Shown here: positions 37,295-51,075 of the stretch, one piece after another
How the letters are laid out: every line of letters starts with the position of its first letter
Numbering within the stretch: the first letter of the stretch is position 1
Source of the DNA: Octopus sinensis
Taxonomy: Eukaryota
Assembly: GCF_006345805.1 (NCBI RefSeq)
Contig: NC_043005.1
Coordinates: forward strand, 10,788,001 to 10,852,000
DNA length: 64,000 bases
Direction: 5' to 3'
Notes under the pieces: model-generated
The model's input: the letters and a program-made list of their open reading frames with translations, nothing else
The model's database searches: none
What the model was told of the DNA's origin: nothing
Position numbers and translations under genes: made by a program

Positions 37295-37515
37295 ATGGAT
37301 GAGTTGGCAGAATTATTAGCACATTGGGCGAAATTCTTAGCAGCATTTTGTTCATTTTTACATTTTGAGTTCACAATTTTCAGAGGTTGACTTTGCCTTT
37401 CATCCTTTCAGGGTCGATAAAATAAGTACCAGTTGAATACTGGGGTTGATGTAATTGTCTTATCCCCTCCCCAGAATCGATAGCCTTGTCCCAATATTTG
37501 AAATCAATATTTCTT
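37295..37515 (+). mobile_element. SINE family C, diverged
   Basis: GTTGGCAGAATT...GCCTTTCATCCTTTCAGGGTCGATAAAATAAGTACC. Confidence 0.7.
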
Positions 37516-38924
37516 TAGTGAATAGAAAGCCTTTTCCGTGTCTTGGCCAAAAGTGCATTAGTCATTATCTTTTCTTGGGCTTTCATGACTGCTTAGAGGA
37601 AGTGGGTGGTTATCTTTAGACCAAGAATTTAGTGTGGAGTTGACTCCACTAAGTCTACTCTAGGGCCATGTGGTAGAGTTACACTGGTTGGTGGATTAGG
37701 ACTCATTCAGGATTGAAAACAAATCCATCTCACTGGCCATACACCAGATATTTTTATCCTCCAGATGCCCATATTTGGCAGTTCTTTTCTTATATTGTTT
37801 TTACATAAAGTGGATGTTTGAACTTGTAGAGTGTCATATTTCTTAACCTGCAGATAGATATGTCCTTACATTCTGAGATTAGTTTCTTTAGAGTAAAGTT
37901 TATCTTTTATTTTATTTTAAGTACCAGCAAAGAATTGGGTTTGATTTAACTGATTATATTCCTTAACAACAGGAAAAAAAGAAAAAAAAGAAAAAATGTA
38001 TGTCTTTGTGCCTAAGTTAGAAATTAATAGTGTTGCTGTTCTTAGTAATTCGAATTTTACAAGTAGATACTCCTAGTAACAACTATCCAATTCTGATGCT
38101 GTGTGTTAGCAACAGTTAGTAAGAGAGTCTGTTATGGTCATTTGTGAGGAGTGTAAAAATCTATCTTTTTGAGCTTTGCCCTTTGGGAATGAGCAAATAA
38201 GAGGAAGTAATGTTGTTTGATTGTTGGAAATAATATTGTACCGTTTCCTTTTGTTTCTTCTCCCCCCCCCCTGTTCTCTGTCTTTCATTTAACATCAGTG
38301 TCTTTTTTTTTATTCTAAGCATTTTCTAACATTGTATAAGAACGCCTATCTTATTTATAGTTATAAATTTTATATTCTCCCTTAATTAATCCTGCGGCTA
38401 ATTATTTTCTATAAATATCTGCACTATTCATTTCTCCCAAAACATTAAAAAACAGTAAACAAGTGAATAATAAATATATAATGCGTGTATATATTGTCAA
38501 GGAAAAAAAATATAGACCATCCTGGAACATAACAACATCTGTTTCAACATACAGTTTTACATTGGGAATCTTATTCAACAAATTCATAAACGTACTAAAA
38601 TGCCTCAATGCATATTCTATAATTCATAAATTTATTTATTCTTAGGAATAACCCTTTCATGACCATATTTCTTAGGAAATACAGATTTCAATTAATTTTG
38701 AAAATAATCAAGAATCTGCTGGGAATTTAGTAAAATAATTAACTTTGCCATAGTTAAGTTGGTGCCTGGAGTACAATCTTAATTATAGGGTTTTATATAA
38801 ATTTATGGTAAAAGGTTTTAATTTAAACATGAACACTCAAGTTGAACTAGAAATCATTTCAAGCAGGTTGGTGTGATCACAGGAGTTAAACTCAGGTCGA
38901 TTGAAGAATATATTTTTATAAAGA

Positions 38925-39093
38925 CATATTTTAGAAGTGGTTGGCATTAGGAAGGGCATCCAGCTGTAGAAACACTGCCAGATCTGACTGGCCTGGTGCA
39001 GCCTTCTGGCTTCCCAGACCCCAGTTGAACCGTCCAACCCATGCTAGCATGGAAAGCGGACGCTAAACGATGATGATGATGATGATGATGATG
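38925..39093 (+). mobile_element. RTE LINE extreme 3' end with (GAT)n tail
   Basis: GGTTGGCATTAGGAAGGGCATCCAGC...GCTAAAC(GAT)n. Confidence 0.8.
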
Positions 39094-39336
39094 AATGCCA
39101 GGTGGGAACTGGCACAAATTATTTTAATCCCCAAATTTGCTGCTACTCTTCTTTTACTTTTTAGTCCTTATCCACGTATCATTTTCTTTCAACATAAAAA
39201 AATGCATTATAGTTATTTCACTGCTGCTTAATTCGAATTTATTTCTAGAGAAAAACAACTGTTTAGACACATTTGAATAGAACTTTAGAAATATTACGGT
39301 ATATTTTTTTTACTCCAGTTTTATAGCTTTTTTGCT

Positions 39337-39562
39337 TTAACTCTTTAGTGTTCAGACTATCCTGTCGGCTGTAATGTGTATGTATTCTCATCGTTTTGTT
39401 TATCCTGCATCATTTTGTAACCCAGAGATTTTAATGATGTGATTGTTTATGTTCAAAATGACATTCTAGGATAGGTGCAAGATGTCAGATCTGGCCAGTT
39501 TGAACATTCAACATGTAGAATATTTTTGCCAGATATGGCCATTTTAAATGCTTAAGCTTTAA
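39337..39562 (+). mobile_element. piggyBac-type MITE family B, degenerate
   Basis: TTAACTCTTTAGTGTTCAGA start; internal similarity to 28771. Confidence 0.65.
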
Positions 39563-40809
39563 AATGTAAGCATATAATGAAAGTTCTGGGAAAAAGGAGT
39601 TTTTTTTTTAAAGGTATGAAATTCTATAGAGCATATTTAACCAGATATTTTATTCCCTGTCCAAACAAATAGATTAATTGCTTTTCAGCTGTTGAAAATC
39701 CTTCTTTCACATGTTCTTTCAACCAGAAAACTAAAGAATGAAATAAATAGCTATTTAATTCTAAAATTCTAGGCTTGACAATAGTCATTCCCACACAGGC
39801 AAATAATGCCTCCCATATTTCTACACTTACATGATAAATCAATAAATTCATACCTGCCTATGTACAAAATTTACTTTTGTTTTCTGATCTGAACTACAAA
39901 GAAATGAGTTTTATTTATTCTCATTACATTGAATAATTATCTCTTAATTCTGGGGAAGGTTTGTTTCTCCAGCTTAAAACTAACATTTTCAACACATTAA
40001 TTGATTTTTAATTGATGCAACGTTTTATAAATAAGATCATATGAAGACTTAAGGAATAAATTAAAGAGTTGTGGGGCATGTTAGGGAGTTGATATTTGCA
40101 GGTGGTTGTAGCAGTAGTAGATGTAAATAGCTTCCACTCCCAAATGAGAGGAATGTACATAATACAGTATGTTTTAAAATATCTATTTTCGGTACACTTC
40201 TTAAAACATCAGGAAATGGAGAGAATTAAAGAATTCAGGATGAATGAAAGAATAATGACAAGAATGGTTTCAAGAAGTAATCAGACAATATTGCTTTTCT
40301 GGATATTAAATTGTGATTGGTAATATTTGTATAGTGTTGCTGCTTATAAATTCAATCTCTATTGGCCTTTAGTCTAGTAAATAGGAGACCAACACTTTTC
40401 ATTGCCCTTTTATCTAATTTTATCGTTAAGATGTATATTGAAGTGGGTTAATTAAGTATTTATTTTTTCTTTGATTATATATACATACATCTGGCTGCCA
40501 AAACAGCAATGATATTTATATAACCATTGTTTTCTCTATACAATTATCAGTTGATAATAATGCTTGCTATTATTATTTACTCTATTATATTTACATCTTT
40601 CACCTATAATACAATTAAATAATTGGTGATAATAGTTGCCCAGTAATAAGACTACTGTGTAATTAAACTGTAGGTGTGTGGCAGAATTGGTTGAGCATTC
40701 ATACAAATCCTTTGTAGCATACATGATAACAAACTGGTATACTAAAGGATATGCGAACTGTCTGACTGATAACACTAACCAGATACTAGATTGGCCGGTT
40801 AAAATAATC

Positions 40810-41039
40810 TTAACCCTTTTGTTATTGTATTTATTTTGAGATGCTCTGTGTTTCAATCAATTAATTTTAAATATAACAAAGAATTTAGTAAAACAACTTA
40901 GTTATCATTCAACTAGTGTTGGGAACATAAATTGTGACTAAGGTTTGGTGGAAGATTTTAATTCAGAACTTATGAAAACAAGACATTTGTACTACAGAGC
41001 CAGAGGCGGTTTTCGCTGGGTTGGTATCAAAAGGGTTAA
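40810..41039 (+). mobile_element. piggyBac-type MITE family A
   Basis: TTAA-CCCTTTT...AAAAGGG-TTAA; high identity to 43926-44155. Confidence 0.85.
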
Positions 41040-42103
41040 AGTTTGAAACATCAGTTTGTACTTAAAAGCTTATGTCAAAGCAGCATGTATCAGAACAGCT
41101 TGTTTCATATTTCACAAGTTTGGTCATTTTTATTTGAAAGCCCCCCTCTCTAGAGTTGCATACATTTCACACATTTGCTTAGAGACTGGAATTGAGGTTG
41201 GTTGGTTGGTTGGTTGGTTGGTTCAAACGTAAGTATACAACTAAGATGTCATCACAGAACTGGAATCTGTAAGGTTATGAAAAGATTCAATCTGGGTCAT
41301 GTGATCTGTTATAGAAATGGTTATTGCAAATGACTACGCTCAATGTATCTTATAGTGCAGTTAGAGAACAATACCATTGTTGGTCATTGTTTTCCAATGG
41401 TAAATGGAAAGAGAGTGTGTAACTCTGCCAAACAGATATCTTAAGAGATTTGGTAAAGCACTAGTTTTTTTTTTAGTTTTTCTTGATGTTTATATTTTTG
41501 TTAATGTAATATATGTATACAATGTTATGCACAAACATATATGTGTATATATATATATATATATACATGCTCAATGTCTATTTGCCTAATTAAACTCACC
41601 ATGTATTGGTGAACCAGAGGCTCTCAAGATGCAATGAGATTAAATGTTGAACCACATAGTCATGAAATGAATTCTTTAACCACTCAGCCATACATCTTCC
41701 TTCACTTTAGAACAAAAGATTATTCTTTGCTCTGAATATATGTATTTCTCACATTGTTTTTACTCTCTCTCTCTCTCTGTAAATAAATGCACTTCTAATG
41801 TGTTAAAGAATTCCATGAATGTATTCATATACTGGATTATATCATTGATGTTCTTTGTCTGCTGTCATATTTGGAATGGTCAATGTAATCCTTTGTTGTC
41901 TGAGATTAACTAGATCAACTAGCTAATCTTATAGAATTTATTATTCCTTGATGTAAGTTCTGGCTCTCTTCAGAGTTTTATGTCTTCTCAGTTATTTATT
42001 ATGTTTTATTATGTATCATAGTCATAGTATTCCTTCCCCTAAGTTTAGCAGCAGTAGTAGTAGCAGTAGCAGCAATATTTGCTTATCGGGGTTTTATTTG
42101 TAA

Positions 42104-42495
42104 TACTCTTCTACTTGTTTCAGTCATTTGACTGCGGCCATGCTGGAGCACCGCCTTTAATCGAGCAACTCGACCCCGGGACTTATTCTTTGTAAGCCCA
42201 GTACTTATTCTATCGGTCTCTTTTTGCCGAACCGCTAAGTGACAGGGGACATAAACACACCAGCATCGGTTGTCAAGCGATGTTGGATGGGACAAACACA
42301 GACACACAAACATGCACATATATATATATACATATATACGACGGGCTTCTTTCTGTTTCCATCTACCAAATCCACTCACAAGGCTTTAGTCGGCCCGGGG
42401 CTATAGCAGAAGACACTTGCCCAAGGTGCCATGCAGTGGAACTGAACCCGGAACCATGTGGTTGGTAAACAAGCTACTTACCACACAGCCACTCC
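42104..42495 (-). mobile_element. SINE family A
   Basis: Full-length reverse-complement copy. Confidence 0.9.
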
Positions 42496-42739
42496 AAAAG
42501 AAAATTTCTCACTGCTCATTTTTGAAACAAATATGATTATAGGAATCACTTGGTGTCAGGTTCGATCTCATTTCCTGCAAGTGGCTTCTCCCTAGTCATC
42601 GTCGTCATTACTACTACTACTACTACTACTACTACTTTCCCATGTTTATGGGGGTTAGACTGGTCATTCTCAGTTAATACCATATCTTTCTTTTGTCAAC
42701 TCTTTTGTAAGGTCCAACATCCTGAAGTTAACCTTCACC

Positions 42740-43137
42740 TCTTTTACTCTTTTACTTGTTTCAGTCATTTTGACTGCGGCCATGCTGGAGCACCGCCTTT
42801 AGTCGACCAAATCGACCCCCCCAGGACTTATTCTTTGTAAGCCTAGTACTTATTCTATCGGACTCTTTTTGCCGAACCGCTAAGTTACAGGGACGTGAAC
42901 ACACCAACATCGGTTGTCAAGCGATGTTGGGGTCAAACACAGACACACAAACACACACACATATATATATATACATATATACGATGGGCTTCTTTTCAGT
43001 TTCCGTCTACCAAATTCACTCACAAGGCTTTGGTTGGCCCGAGGCTATAGTAGAAGACACTTGCCCAAGGTGCCACGCAGTGGGACTGAACCCGGAACCA
43101 TGTGGTTGGTAAGCAAGCTACTTACCACACAGCCACT
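42740..43137 (-). mobile_element. SINE family A
   Basis: Full-length reverse-complement copy, tandem to the previous one. Confidence 0.9.
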
Positions 43138-43159
43138 TTGCTTATGTTTTCTTTAGTTT

Positions 43160-44935
43160 TCCTCTTTCATAGTTTCCTTTCGCCTGAATCTCTTATCACT
43201 TCTTCAATGTAGTTATCTCTCTTGTACACTGTATCTGATTTTCCTTAATCTCATTTTCTCTCTAAGCTCATTTGGATCTTACTATTGATACACACTAGCA
43301 TTATACATCCAGTGGAACACACTTATTTCTTTCTGGAAATTAAATATCTACATTGAGTGTCCATGACTCACTATTGCGTGGCATTTTAATTACTACACAA
43401 ACATAATATAATCTACCTTTCACTTGAAGAAAGAATTCTCTCATTGGCAGAGCTAATATAAGCTCCCTTAACCGTTACTATCGTTTCTTATTCTGATTTG
43501 TATGCTTTCAGAGTATCCTTTGTCCTCCTATCAGATGCTATCAACTAGTTTTTATAGCACTTGTCTGGCATAAGATTGAATTATTTCACTTAGTGTTGGG
43601 ACTGCTGACTACCCCTGTGTGTCTTCCCCATATGGCCATTATTCACTTTCAGGCTGCCTTTGACCCTACTACACATCTCATGCATCCATAGATCACACTG
43701 TGTGCACCGCATGAAATTTGGACTGAATCCTTTTCTGTATATTAAGCCTGATGACTGTGGAATCATGTCTACTCACCAAAACCTCAGCCTTTAGTGAGTT
43801 TGCTTTAAGGTCTCTTGATTCTAGGTTTTGTTTTCACATCTGGAATTTCTACTCTATGTCTTCCACAGTCTCCACAGTAAGTACTCAGTCATAAGCATCT
43901 AGAGGTTTCCCATGGACAGTTGGCCTTAACCCTTTCGTTACTGTATTTATTTTGAGATGCTCTGTGTTTCTTTCAATTACTTTAGATATAACAAAGAATT
44001 TAGTAAAAATAACTCAGTTATCATTCAGCTAGTGTTAGGAACATAAATTGTGACTAAGGTTTGGCAGAAGATTTTAATTCAAAACTTATGAAAACAAAAC
44101 ATTTGTACTACAGAGCCAGAGCCAGTTTCAGCCGGGTTGGTAACGAAAGGGTTAAACTGCTTTATTATAATTTGGAAGCAGAAGCAAAGTTGAAAATTAA
44201 GCTTTGATGGTTAGATACCTGTACACAAAATTCCTTACTGAATTGCTGACTCTCACTTTGTTGAGTACTTAACAGTAAATGGTTTGCATCATTCTCAAAC
44301 CATTCATATACTTCTAGTTTTCTTAGAGACCACTTAATTTGAGATTGTAGTATTCTATCAAAAGCTTTCTTCAGGTCAGCAAATGCTATGGAGAAAGGTT
44401 TACAATAGTTTCAGTAGGAGGGAGAGAGAGAGAGAGAGAGAGAGAGAATCAGTAATGTCTCCACTTGGCACAAACCCTGTTTGCATCTCATCTAAACTGA
44501 TTCTTCTTTTAATAAGTCATACTAATTCTGGTACTTTCTAACTTTCAGTTAATTTAATGTTTCTGAAGTTACTTTTTCTACAAGGGCCTTTGCCCTTATA
44601 GCAGTTGATGATTATACTGTTATGCCATTTATCTGGTATGACACCTTTATCTATTATTTGGTTAACTCTACAGGTGACTAGCTTGAGCCCTACTTTCGCA
44701 GATATTTTCAGCATCACTACAACTATCTTTGATGAACCTGCTTCTTTCCTTGTCTTCATATCCTTAATGACCATTTTGATCATTCAACCATCCATTGCAG
44801 TAGCTGATCCTATTGTTGGTATAAGTGGTATTACTTCTTCCTTTCACACATTTTCAACATTCATCATTCTCTCAAGCAAACATTTCTCAAGTCTCTTTTT
44901 TATATATTTTGCCAGAATCAGTTGTTCTGATTAGC
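43160..44935 (-). mobile_element. Decayed RTE-clade LINE ORF2 (reverse transcriptase region)
   Basis: Minus-strand motifs IPDKWHNSIIINCYKGKG...NFRNIKL, AFADLKKAFDRI..W.LRKL, ETVEDIE*KFQM*KQNLESRDLK and Cys cluster RCTQCDLWMHEMC, with many stops and frameshifts. Confidence 0.85.
43926..44155 (+). mobile_element. piggyBac-type MITE family A nested in the RTE remnant
   Basis: Perfect TTAA-CCCTTTCGTTAC...GTAACGAAAGGG-TTAA. Confidence 0.9.
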
Positions 44936-45807
44936 TTACTATTATGATTTCGGGGGCCCAAGTTTTACAAAGTTCATTTTGACACTCTGCTTTGCAAGAG
45001 TTTCTGTGGTAGCTGGCATGCATATAGCTAGTTTATACTAGAAGGATCTAGATTTGGACTAAACAGTAGTAGTCATTTCCAGTGAGAGGTTATTGTTGTT
45101 TAGTCCTGTTGGAACAGACCTGTAACTAAGAGTATATATGATGTGATCATCCTGTCTTCGTTAAGTTATAATGTATCCATTTACATTTTTCTGATACACT
45201 TAAGATTTCTGGTTGATTTAGTTTATATTTTTAAAAGGACAGACAATCTCATGAGGCTCATTCATTGATTTGTCGAATGGGATGTGTACATGTGTGTATT
45301 GGTATAAATCTTATAGTTAGTTTATAGAGCCACTGGTATATTATACTAATGATACAGATCACTAAGGAAACAGATATTTATAACTGTTCCCAAGGGAACT
45401 AAAACTTTGCTGTAACATTGATCTGAAAATCCCACCATAAATATATTATGGTAGAAATCTGGGTTCAAGTAACTCCCTCAGATGCTTCTTAGTTTCTATA
45501 TTTCAGGAGTAATTAGTTTTGTTTCTGCTCCTCTAAATAGAATCTTGAAGTATATTTTAAGAATCCTGATCAGATTGCAAATAACATCTAGGAAATAGAT
45601 TTAATTGAATTTCTCAGTTTAACCATATTCAGTATTTCAACAGCCTGATGTCCATGTGTATATATGTTATATGTATTTGTGCTTGTGTATTGTAGACATC
45701 TTAGGTAAGAACTAAATAATACAACATAGATATTTACTAGATGTATTGGCTACTCATTACTCTGGTCATACTACTACTTACAAATATACCACTATAAGAT
45801 AATAATA

Positions 45808-46077
45808 ATCATCATCATCGTTTAACGTCTGTCCTCCATGCTAGCATGGGTTGGACGGTTCGACCGGGGATCTGGGAAGCCAGAAGGCTGCACCAGGCTC
45901 CAGTCTTATCTGGCAATGTTTCTACAGCTGGATGCCCTTCCTAATGCCAACCACTCCGTAATTGTAGTGGGTGCTTTTTATGTGCCACCTGCACAGGTGC
46001 CAGGCAAGGCTGGCATCGGCCACGGTCGGATTGGTGCATTTTATGTGCCACCGGCACGGAAGCCAGTCGAGGCGGCA
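45808..46077 (-). mobile_element. RTE LINE 3' end
   Basis: Same subfamily as 30953-31250; (GAT)n tail. Confidence 0.82.
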
Positions 46078-46296
46078 CTAATAATGATAATGATAATAAT
46101 CATTTCTGCTATAGATATGTGCTCTGAAATTTGGGTGAAGGGGCCAGTTAATTGAATTGATCTATGTGTGCAACAGGTACTTATTTTAATTGACCCTGAA
46201 AGGATTAAAGAAAAGTCGACCTTGGCAGAATGCTGTTAAACATTTTCTCCCTCATGCTAATGTTTCTGCCAGCTCACCACCTTAATAATAATAGAT

Positions 46297-46825
46297 GCAG
46301 TTCTAGGCACTGGCTCTCAAGGTTTCTGATCTTAACTGATAGGAAGTGTTATATGTCTTGGTATAAAAGATGGGCTACAGCAAATATTCTGCTCAATACC
46401 ACAGACTTGCTGGTCAGTTGTTTGGCCATAGCCAGTTGAACATGTCCCTTGGTGGCTGACGATATGTGCATCTCTGATCACGAGCAGAAGTAGCGGGGGA
46501 GCATCATAGCGTTGTGTTGAGAGGGATTCTTTGGGGCTTGAATAATTCACCTCTGGGGACATGGGTGTTTCATTCAACATCCTTTAACAAGCCTTATTCA
46601 GGGCTTTTTGTGCGGAATGGGCTACTCAACCTGAAGAAAATTTCGAGTCCTACCTGCAAGATGATGTGCTCTTTATCTTGAAATGAGATCACCATGTCAT
46701 GCACATATGGTTGTGAAGCATGTGCCTGGTGTACCCTTATCAGACGGGTAGTCATGATGGGCATGCTAGGCTCTGTATATGTTATCCTAGTGTTACTTTG
46801 ATGGCATGCACTGCTCTCTCACTCA

Positions 46826-46868
<43 letters not shown>

Positions 46869-46870
46869 TG
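46297..46870 (+). mobile_element. Unclassified probable retroelement ending in (AAT)n
   Basis: GC-richer, CpG-retaining ~550-bp block terminating in an (AAT)n/(GAT)n tail; single copy in the window, no ORF recognised. Confidence 0.4.
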
Positions 46871-47098
46871 ATGATGATGATTTTCTACTTTGGGTACAAG
46901 GCCAACAGTTTTAAGAAGGGATTAGTTGATACTCATGACTATGTAAGAATGAAAGGCAAAGCTGACCTTCAGGAAATTTGAACCTAAAAAGTTAGTAGCA
47001 GTTTTCCAGTGCCCAGGCAGTTCTACTTTTATAAAAAACATTTTTTCATTGATGCACCATATGATTATTTCTCTGGCAAGAAACTGGAGACATGACAG

Positions 47099-47135
<37 letters not shown>

Positions 47136-47822
47136 GTGGTAGTAGTAGACTACTACTACTAGTAGTAACATCAGCAATAGGTGTATATACACACACATAT
47201 ATGCAAGTGTGTGTGGTGGGGTTGCATGTATCGTATATGTATACAAATAGAAGGAAAGAGCATTCAGTAGATTTTGCAGGATTTATATTCATTGAAGGAT
47301 GGTTTGTGAGTTAAGAATCCATTACTTGAAATTTCATAGGCACAGGAAGTATGTTTAATCATTCAAACCTTCCATTTGTGTTTGTGTGTATGTTCTGATT
47401 GATAAATGTGTTTAACAGGGTTTTTTTCTCTTCTCTTCCGTGTGTGTGCATGTATGTTTTTATAGCTTGATAAGTTGATAGATAATTGTTGATAAGGGAT
47501 TTAGCACTTGATAGTGCAGGGACACACATTTTGGTCCCTCTTTGAACTGAGGTACTGTCATAAAAGTCACTGTGTAAGATCGCTGGAAGATTCCTAGATT
47601 TACTTTATGGTTCTTATTTCTTTGGCCTAAAACATTTACATAGTGGAAATTAATGTCTAATGGATCCAAGAGACAGAATGTCCCCCAAAAATTGACATTA
47701 TTTGAAATGTGCATTTATGAGTAACTGTATATCCTCTGCAAATGAAATTCAATAGGTTTCATGTTGAACAACAAAGGACTTTTTTTTTTTTATCAAAATT
47801 CAAACGAGAGATTCAGATTCAT

Positions 47823-48226
47823 CTTTTTACTCTTTTACCTGTTTCAGTCATTTGACTGCGGCCATGCTGGAGCACCGTCTTTAATCGAGCAACTCAACCC
47901 CGGGACTTATTCTTTTGTAAGCCCAGTACTTATTCCATCGGTCTCTTTTGCCGAACCGCTAAGTAACGGGGACATAAACACACCAGCATCGGTTGTCAAG
48001 CAATGCTAGGGGGACAAACACAGACACACAAACACACACATGCATATATATATATATATACGACGGGCTTCTTTCAGTTTCCGTCTACCAAATCCACTCA
48101 CAAGGCTTTGGTCGGCCCGAGGCTATAGTAGAAGACACTTGCCCAAGGTGCCACGCAGTGGGACTGAACCCGGAACCATGTGGTTGGTAAACAAGCTACT
48201 TACCACACAGCCACTCCTGCGCCTAT
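47823..48226 (-). mobile_element. SINE family A
   Basis: Full-length reverse-complement copy. Confidence 0.92.
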
Positions 48227-48244
48227 GTAGATTTTATAACTGAT

Positions 48245-48768
48245 TTTACAAATGTTTAACATGCTTATTCCCTGTGACACAGCACACATTAAGCCAGTAG
48301 TTCAGCTCCTGCCAAACATGCCATAGCGTATCTTGTGTAACATTTTCCACTGCCTCAGTGATTCTCTGCTTGGGTTGCTCTTGACTTGTAGAAAGCCAGG
48401 ATGGATATAGACCCGTCCTTTTACATAGCCCCATAGAAAAAAATCACAAGGTCTCAGATCAGGTGAACATTTCAACAGCACAATGTCATTATCACTGGGA
48501 CATCTCATTGAGATAACCCAGCACATTCAGCTTCCAATGAGGTGGGGCCCTATCTTATTGAAAAATGAAGTGTTCATGCTCATTTGCAGTGAGCTCATCA
48601 AATAACCATTTCTGAAGCATTTGCAAATAGACTCCGCCAGTCATCTTTTCTTTAAAGAAAAACAGTCCATAAAGACGATTCTTCATTAAAATTTGAGATC
48701 ATTTAAGCAAGAACTGACTATATTATTAAACTATGAAATGATGTTAATTTTGGGAAGGACACCCTGTA
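48245..48768 (-). mobile_element. Tc1/mariner transposase remnant
   Basis: FQ*DRAPPHW, SPDLRPCDFFLWGYVKGRVY, KQRITEAVENVTQDTLWHVWQELNYWLNVCCVTGNKHVKHL; TIR TA-CAGGGTGTCC at 48768. Confidence 0.85.
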
Positions 48769-48988
48769 TACTGTAGTGGAATGCGGCAAAGAATTTTAAG
48801 GTATATGGTTTGTGTGTAGTAGTACTGATTAATATATTTGATTTGAGTATTTCTAAATATAAGAAATGCATTTGGCAGAAGGGTGACAGATTTATGGTTA
48901 CACATTCCAATGTATGACTTCAAAGTAGCACATATTAAGATTTCAGTTACTGTCATTGTATTAACAAATACTCTTCCCATATTCTCCA

Positions 48989-49194
48989 AAGGCAGCGAGC
49001 TGGCAGACTTGTGAAATGCGTAGCCGTATTTCGTCTGCCGCTACGTTCTGAGTTCAAATTCCGCCGAGGTCGACTTTGCCTTTCATCCTTTCGGGGTCGA
49101 TAAATTAAGTACCAGTTACGCCCTGGGGTCGATGTAATCGACATAATCCGTTTGTCCCCTCTGTGTTTAGCCCCTTGTGGGCAGTAGTGAAATA
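48989..49194 (+). mobile_element. SINE family C, young copy
   Basis: High identity to the reverse complement of 19356-19577. Confidence 0.88.
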
Positions 49195-49745
49195 CATATT
49201 CTTCAAATCTGTAAAAACCTCTTTCATATTAATCTCTCCTCTCTCACACTCTCTCTCAAAAATTTAGTAGTTTTGTTTTATCTTATTCTTACATAATTTC
49301 ACATCAGATACAATAGCATTTATTAATTCTCCATTAAGCAATTGATTGCTGCAATATGAGATATTGACCAGTTACTGTTGACAGTATTTTCCTCTTTGCT
49401 AAGCACTGTTCTTTAAAATGCAACTCAGCCATCTATCAATACTCCATAAATTAAATCTTGATATTTAATTGTTGCTTCATGTTCCACAAAAAAGATTTGT
49501 CTGGACTGAAAACCTATCGGAAACCTATTCCCTTGTTACTTTGATGTGGGGATTGATTTATAAATGCAGTTAGATACAAATTGAAATTCAATGATTCTTC
49601 CCCCACTCTCCCTCTCTCCATATACACATGCAATATGTGTGTGTATGTGTGTGTGTATATGCATATGTTTCATATAGTAGTTCAGAGCTTATTGTTTTTA
49701 TATCAGTTAGGCCTTTATTTTTAAAGAAACTGTTTTTATCAAATA

Positions 49746-50123
49746 CTAGCAGTATCGCCCGGTGTTGCTCGGGTTTGTAAGGGAAATAACTATATAAGCA
49801 TTTTTAGAGAGTTATAACCAAAAAATAGCAAAAAAATTATGGTAAATTTTTTTTTAAATTGTTGACTCATCGTAGACATTTTTAGAGAGTTACTTCCCTT
49901 ATATAATAGCGAAAAAAAATGCATTAAAATGGAAATAAATGATGGTAAATTTTTTTTAAAATCGTAGACTTATCGTAGACGCGCACTAATACCCAGAAGG
50001 GCTCGATATGAATCACGACTATAAGATACCCGGTTTTGGATAAACTGCACCGCAAAATGTGGGTGTAGTTAGGAATCTAAATCGTAGGAGACAGACACAC
50101 AACTTCTCTTTTATATATAAAGA
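49746..50123 (-). mobile_element. Non-autonomous Helitron-like element
   Basis: Reverse complement of the 36031-36428 family, with TC / hairpin-CTAG ends. Confidence 0.8.
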
Positions 50124-50571
50124 TATGTGACTGTAAGATGATGCTCTGAAACTTTTGTAATTTCTAAAGCTAGATCTAAATTTCAATGATTAGGAACTGT
50201 GATACAGATACCCTGGTGTAGAATTCAATATACATATGTTAGCTTCTGAACGAAGCATTTGTTGAGTACAGAGCAGTAATATGAAAAAGAGATGACAAAG
50301 AAATAAGGGATCTTATGAATGCCATTAGCTCACAGCTGTTTCTGCTATAGTCATGTTCCTACAAAATTATTACAATTTCTTTCCACTCACTTGTTTTCCT
50401 TCATTTCATAAGGTGAAATGGAATAAATCACGTATTTTGTTTTTATATTTATATCTCTATTAAGAAAAACAAAATCCACCAGTCTTTTAATATGTATGAA
50501 GAAAGCTGCAGAAAGGGCAGAGTTGAAGTGCATGGTATGTCAACATAAATGTATGTGTGTGCGTATGTATA

Positions 50572-51075
50572 CATCATCATCATCATTTAATATGTTTTCC
50601 ATGCTAGCATAGTTTGGACGGTTTGACCGGGGTCTGGGAAGCCAGGAGGCTACGCCAGGCTCCAGTCTGATCTAGCAGTGTTTCTACAGCTGAATGCCCT
50701 TCCTAACGCCAACCACTCCATGAGTGTAGTGGGTGCTTTTTACGTGCCACCGACACAGGGGCCAGAGGAGGCTGGCAAACGGCCACAATCGGTTGGTGCT
50801 TTTTACGTGTCACCAACACGGACGCCAGTCAGGCGACGCTGGCATCAGCCACGTTCGGATGGTGCTTTTTACGTGCCACCATTTGATTTTTATTTTGATG
50901 TTGACGTTGACATACTTGACTCAATAGGTCTCCTCAAGCACAGCGAGTCACCCTACGATCCAAGGTTAGCACAGCAGGCCATCCTGTGAGCCATGAGCTC
51001 ACTTCATTTGTCTGTTCTTCTCAGTCACAGCATATCTCAGAGGTCTCGTCATTTCCTCTGTGAGGCCCAACGTGC
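50572..51075 (-). mobile_element. RTE LINE 3' end including the last ORF2 codons
   Basis: TLGLTEEMTRPLRYAVTEKNRQMK* (stop at 50999), then 3'UTR with three ~65-bp repeats and (GAT)n tail. Confidence 0.85.

Noticed and set aside
38320-38820. Possible DNA-transposon remnant (ORF 38402-38608)
   Set aside because: No convincing TIRs or catalytic motif.
44605-44934. 109-aa hydrophobic + strand ORF
   Set aside because: Antisense shadow of the RTE ORF2 remnant.
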